Positions 61,001-64,000 of a stretch of 64,000 nt of DNA are shown here, in pieces; position 1 is the stretch's first letter; every line of letters starts with the position of its first letter. The DNA comes from Felis catus (Eukaryota), in contig NC_058382.1 of NCBI RefSeq assembly GCF_018350175.1, forward strand, positions 50,222,001 to 50,286,000, in the 5' to 3' direction. The notes beneath the pieces were generated by a model. The model saw only the letters and a program-made list of their open reading frames with translations. It made no database searches and was not told the origin of the DNA. Position numbers and translations under genes: made by a program.

Positions 61001-64000
61001 GATAAGTCTGACTAGCAGTTTATCAATTTAAAATTTTTTCCAAAGAACCAGCTTGTGCTTTCATTGATCTGTTCTATTGCTTTTTTAGTTTCTATATCCT
61101 TTATTTCTGATGTAATCTTTCCTATTTTCTTCTTTCTGCTTCCTTTAGGTTTTGTTTGTTGTTCTTCTTCTAGCTTCTTTAGGTGCAAGGTTAGGTTGTT
61201 TATTTGAGATTTTTCTTGCTTCTTGAGTTAGACCTGTTTTGCTATAAACTTCCCTCTTAAAACTGCTTTTGCTGCATCCCAGAGGTTTTGGACCATTGTG
61301 TTTTCATGTATTTTAAAAATTTCTTCTTTTAATTTCTGGTTGAACCATTCATTGTTTAGTAGTATGTATTTGTAGTCTTTGATATTTTTTTATTGTGCTT
61401 GACTTCTAGTTTCACAGTGTTGTGGTCAGAAAATGTGCCTGGTATGACACCAGTGTTTTTGAGTTCGTTGAGGCTTGTTTTGTGTCCTAATATGTGATCT
61501 GGAGAATGTTCCATGTGCACTTAAAAAGAATGTGTATTCTCTTGTTTTAGGATGGAATGTTCTGAATATATTTGTTAAGTCCTTTTGGTCTAGTGTGTCA
61601 TTCATAGCCATATTTTTCTTGTTGATTTTTTTTGTTTAGATGATGTTCATTGATGTAAAGGGGGTGTTAAGGTCCCCTACTATTATTGTATTGTTATTGA
61701 TTATTTCCTTTATGTTTGTTATTAACTGTTTTATGTATTTGGGTGCTTTGATGTTGGCTACATAACTATTTATAATTGTTATATCTTCTTGTTGGATTGT
61801 CCCCTTTATTATTCTATAGTGTCCTTCTTTTTCTCTCGTTACAGTCTTTGTTTTAAGAGAAGTTTGTTAGACATAAGTGTTGCTACTCTGGTTTTCTTTT
61901 GACAAACATTTGCATGATAGATGTTTCTCCATCCTCTCCCTTTCAGTCTGCAGGTGTCTTGAGGTCTGAAATGAATCTCTTGTAGGCAGGATATGGATGG
62001 GTCTTGTTTTTTTTGCTTTTTGTTTTTTTTATCCATTCTGACACCCTGTCTTTTGATCAGATAGTCAAATTACATTTGAAGTAATGATTGATAGATAAAT
62101 ATTTTTTTAAGTTTATTTAAGAGAGAGAGAGAGAGAGAGAGAGAAAGTGAGTGAGTAGGGGAGGGACAGAGAGAGAGGGAGAAAGAGAATCCCACGCTCC
62201 TTTCCATGGTAACAGTGTGGAACTCAGTGCAGGGCTTGCTATCCCAAACTGTGAAGTCATGATCCGAGCCAAAATCAAGAGTTGGATGCTTAACTACCTG
62301 AGCCTCCCAGATTCCCCAGTAGGTATGTATTTATTGCCATTTTGTTACTTGTTTTGTGGTTGTTTCTGGAGAAATAAAATCTTGATTTTTTTTACAGAAA
62401 TACTCATTTTTATTGCTTTTGTTTTTCCTACCTTTATACTGTCCCTTTCAGTTTTCCTTTCTACTCAAAGAATCCCCTTAAATATCTTGCAGGGCTGATG
62501 TAGTGGTCACAGACTCCTTTAGTTTTTGTTTGTCTCAGATACTCTACCTCTCATTCTATTCTGTATGATAGCCTTGCTGGATAGACTATTCTTGGCTGCA
62601 GATTTTTCCCATTCAGCCATTTGGCTTGCAAAGTTTCTGTTGACAAGTCAGCTGACAGTCTTACAGGTTTTCCCTTGTAAGTTAATGGCTGCTTTTCTCT
62701 TGTTGCTTTTATGAGTTTTTCTTTATATTTTGCCAATTTAATTACAGTATATCTTGGTATGGGCCTGCTGTTTGTTGTTGATTTTGGTTGGAGTTCTCTG
62801 TGCCTCCTGGATCTGGATGTCTATTTCCTTCCCCAGATTAGAGTAGTTTTCATCTATCATTTCTTCAAGTTAATTTTCTACCCCCTTTTGTCTCTCTTCT
62901 TCTTCTGGGACTCCTGAAATATGTATGTTACTATGCTTGATGGAGTCACTAAGTTACCCAAGTCTTTTCTCATTTTGCATGTTTCTTTCTTTTGTTCAGC
63001 TTTATTGCTTTTCTGCTATGTTGTCTTCTGGATCATTAATTCATTCCTCTGCTTCTTCCAGCCTGCTGTTCTTTACATCATTTGTGTTTCTAATCTTGTT
63101 TGTTGCACTCTTCATCTCTGATTGAATCTTTTTTAACTCTGTTATCTCTGTGCTAAGGGTCTCACTGATATCTTCCATTCTTGTCTCATGCCCAGTGAGT
63201 ATCCTTAGGATGGTTGCTTTAAATTCTCCATCAGGCAGATGGAGATTATTTTACAGAAATAGTACTTTTATCTGTTTTGCTTAGATCTCTGGCTATGGCC
63301 TTATCACGTTCATTCATTTGGGATACATTCCTCTGTCTTCTCATTTTATTTAAGTCTCCAACTGCTTTTCTGTATTAGAAAAGCCAATTGTGTCTCTTGT
63401 TCTTGAAAGTAATGGCCTTATGAAGAACAGATCATGCAGTGCCCAGGCCCTGGTGCTTCAGGTAGTGTCTCCAGTGTGGTACCTGTACCCTCGTCTTGTG
63501 TTTTGGCTACTCTATCCTTCAGGCCAGTCATCTGAAGAAGCTCTCCTTGCCTGCTTTGGGTAGTGTTTGGTTCCTGTCCGGAATGTGGCGAATTTTAACC
63601 ACGTGTGCTCTGGTCTGCTTGTGCAGTGACACCCGTTACCTCCATTGGAACTGAGGCCCTGCAAAACTCTCTGGTCAGGAGAGGTGGTATGGGCAGGGGT
63701 TTGTGCTGGCCTCCTTGGGGAGGGGTCAGCTGTGCATGAGTGAAAAGGGCAATTTACCAGAGTGCAGGGGGGTGGGATATAGTATAAACAAGTTAGGCAG
63801 CCAGCCTTGGTGCTGCACTGCTTCCCATTGGTGGCTGTCTGTTGATGCTGAGGGGTGGTGGAAGGAAATGGCACAGGCCAGCTCCTTTGTTACTGGAGAG
63901 GTGTCTCTGTGGATACTGCCTCTCAGGGACATGCTCTTAGAACAGACATGCTCTTAGAACAGCATACAATCTCCCCACTGTGTGCCCTAGGTCCTCTTCA
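58085..64000 (-). mobile_element. Near-full-length decayed carnivore L1; 5'UTR runs off the right edge
   Basis: RT fragment [32 protein letters not shown] (59793-60314), endonuclease fragments 61426-62036, ORF1 fragment 62551-62736. Confidence 0.93.
62105..62317 (-). mobile_element. CanSINE inserted near L1 ORF2 start
   Basis: (GA)n and SINE body; degenerate TSD. Confidence 0.9.

Noticed and set aside
63928..63961. 17-bp perfect tandem duplication GACATGCTCTTAGAACA
   Set aside because: Real but a routine slippage event inside an L1 5'UTR

Overview
Mammalian, very probably felid (cat-lineage), non-coding DNA dominated by transposable elements. I found about 29 tRNA-derived CanSINE (SINEC_Fc-type) copies, most with target-site duplications (TSDs). 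There are two full-length decayed LINE-1s (about 23.5-30.4 kb and 32.7-39.8 kb), a third near-full-length L1 running off the right edge (58.1-64 kb), a 5'-inverted L1 at the left edge, and many older L1M/L2/MIR fragments. Also present are two MaLR LTRs, an ERVL (LTR16-type) remnant, MER5-like elements, a TA-flanked Tigger/pogo-like DNA transposon and two very long polypyrimidine microsatellites. No intact protein-coding gene, RNA gene or CRISPR array is recognisable; the long ORFs in the track come from microsatellites, SINEs or L1 fragments. I did not find a novel biological system. The best leads are mechanistic (twin priming, SINE-tail repeat expansion, a possible SINE-associated deletion, a CTCF-like motif in an L1 5'UTR, a well-preserved DNA transposon) plus a few unverified exon candidates. 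Subfamily names are from memory of consensus sequences and need RepeatMasker/Dfam confirmation; boundaries of old elements are approximate.
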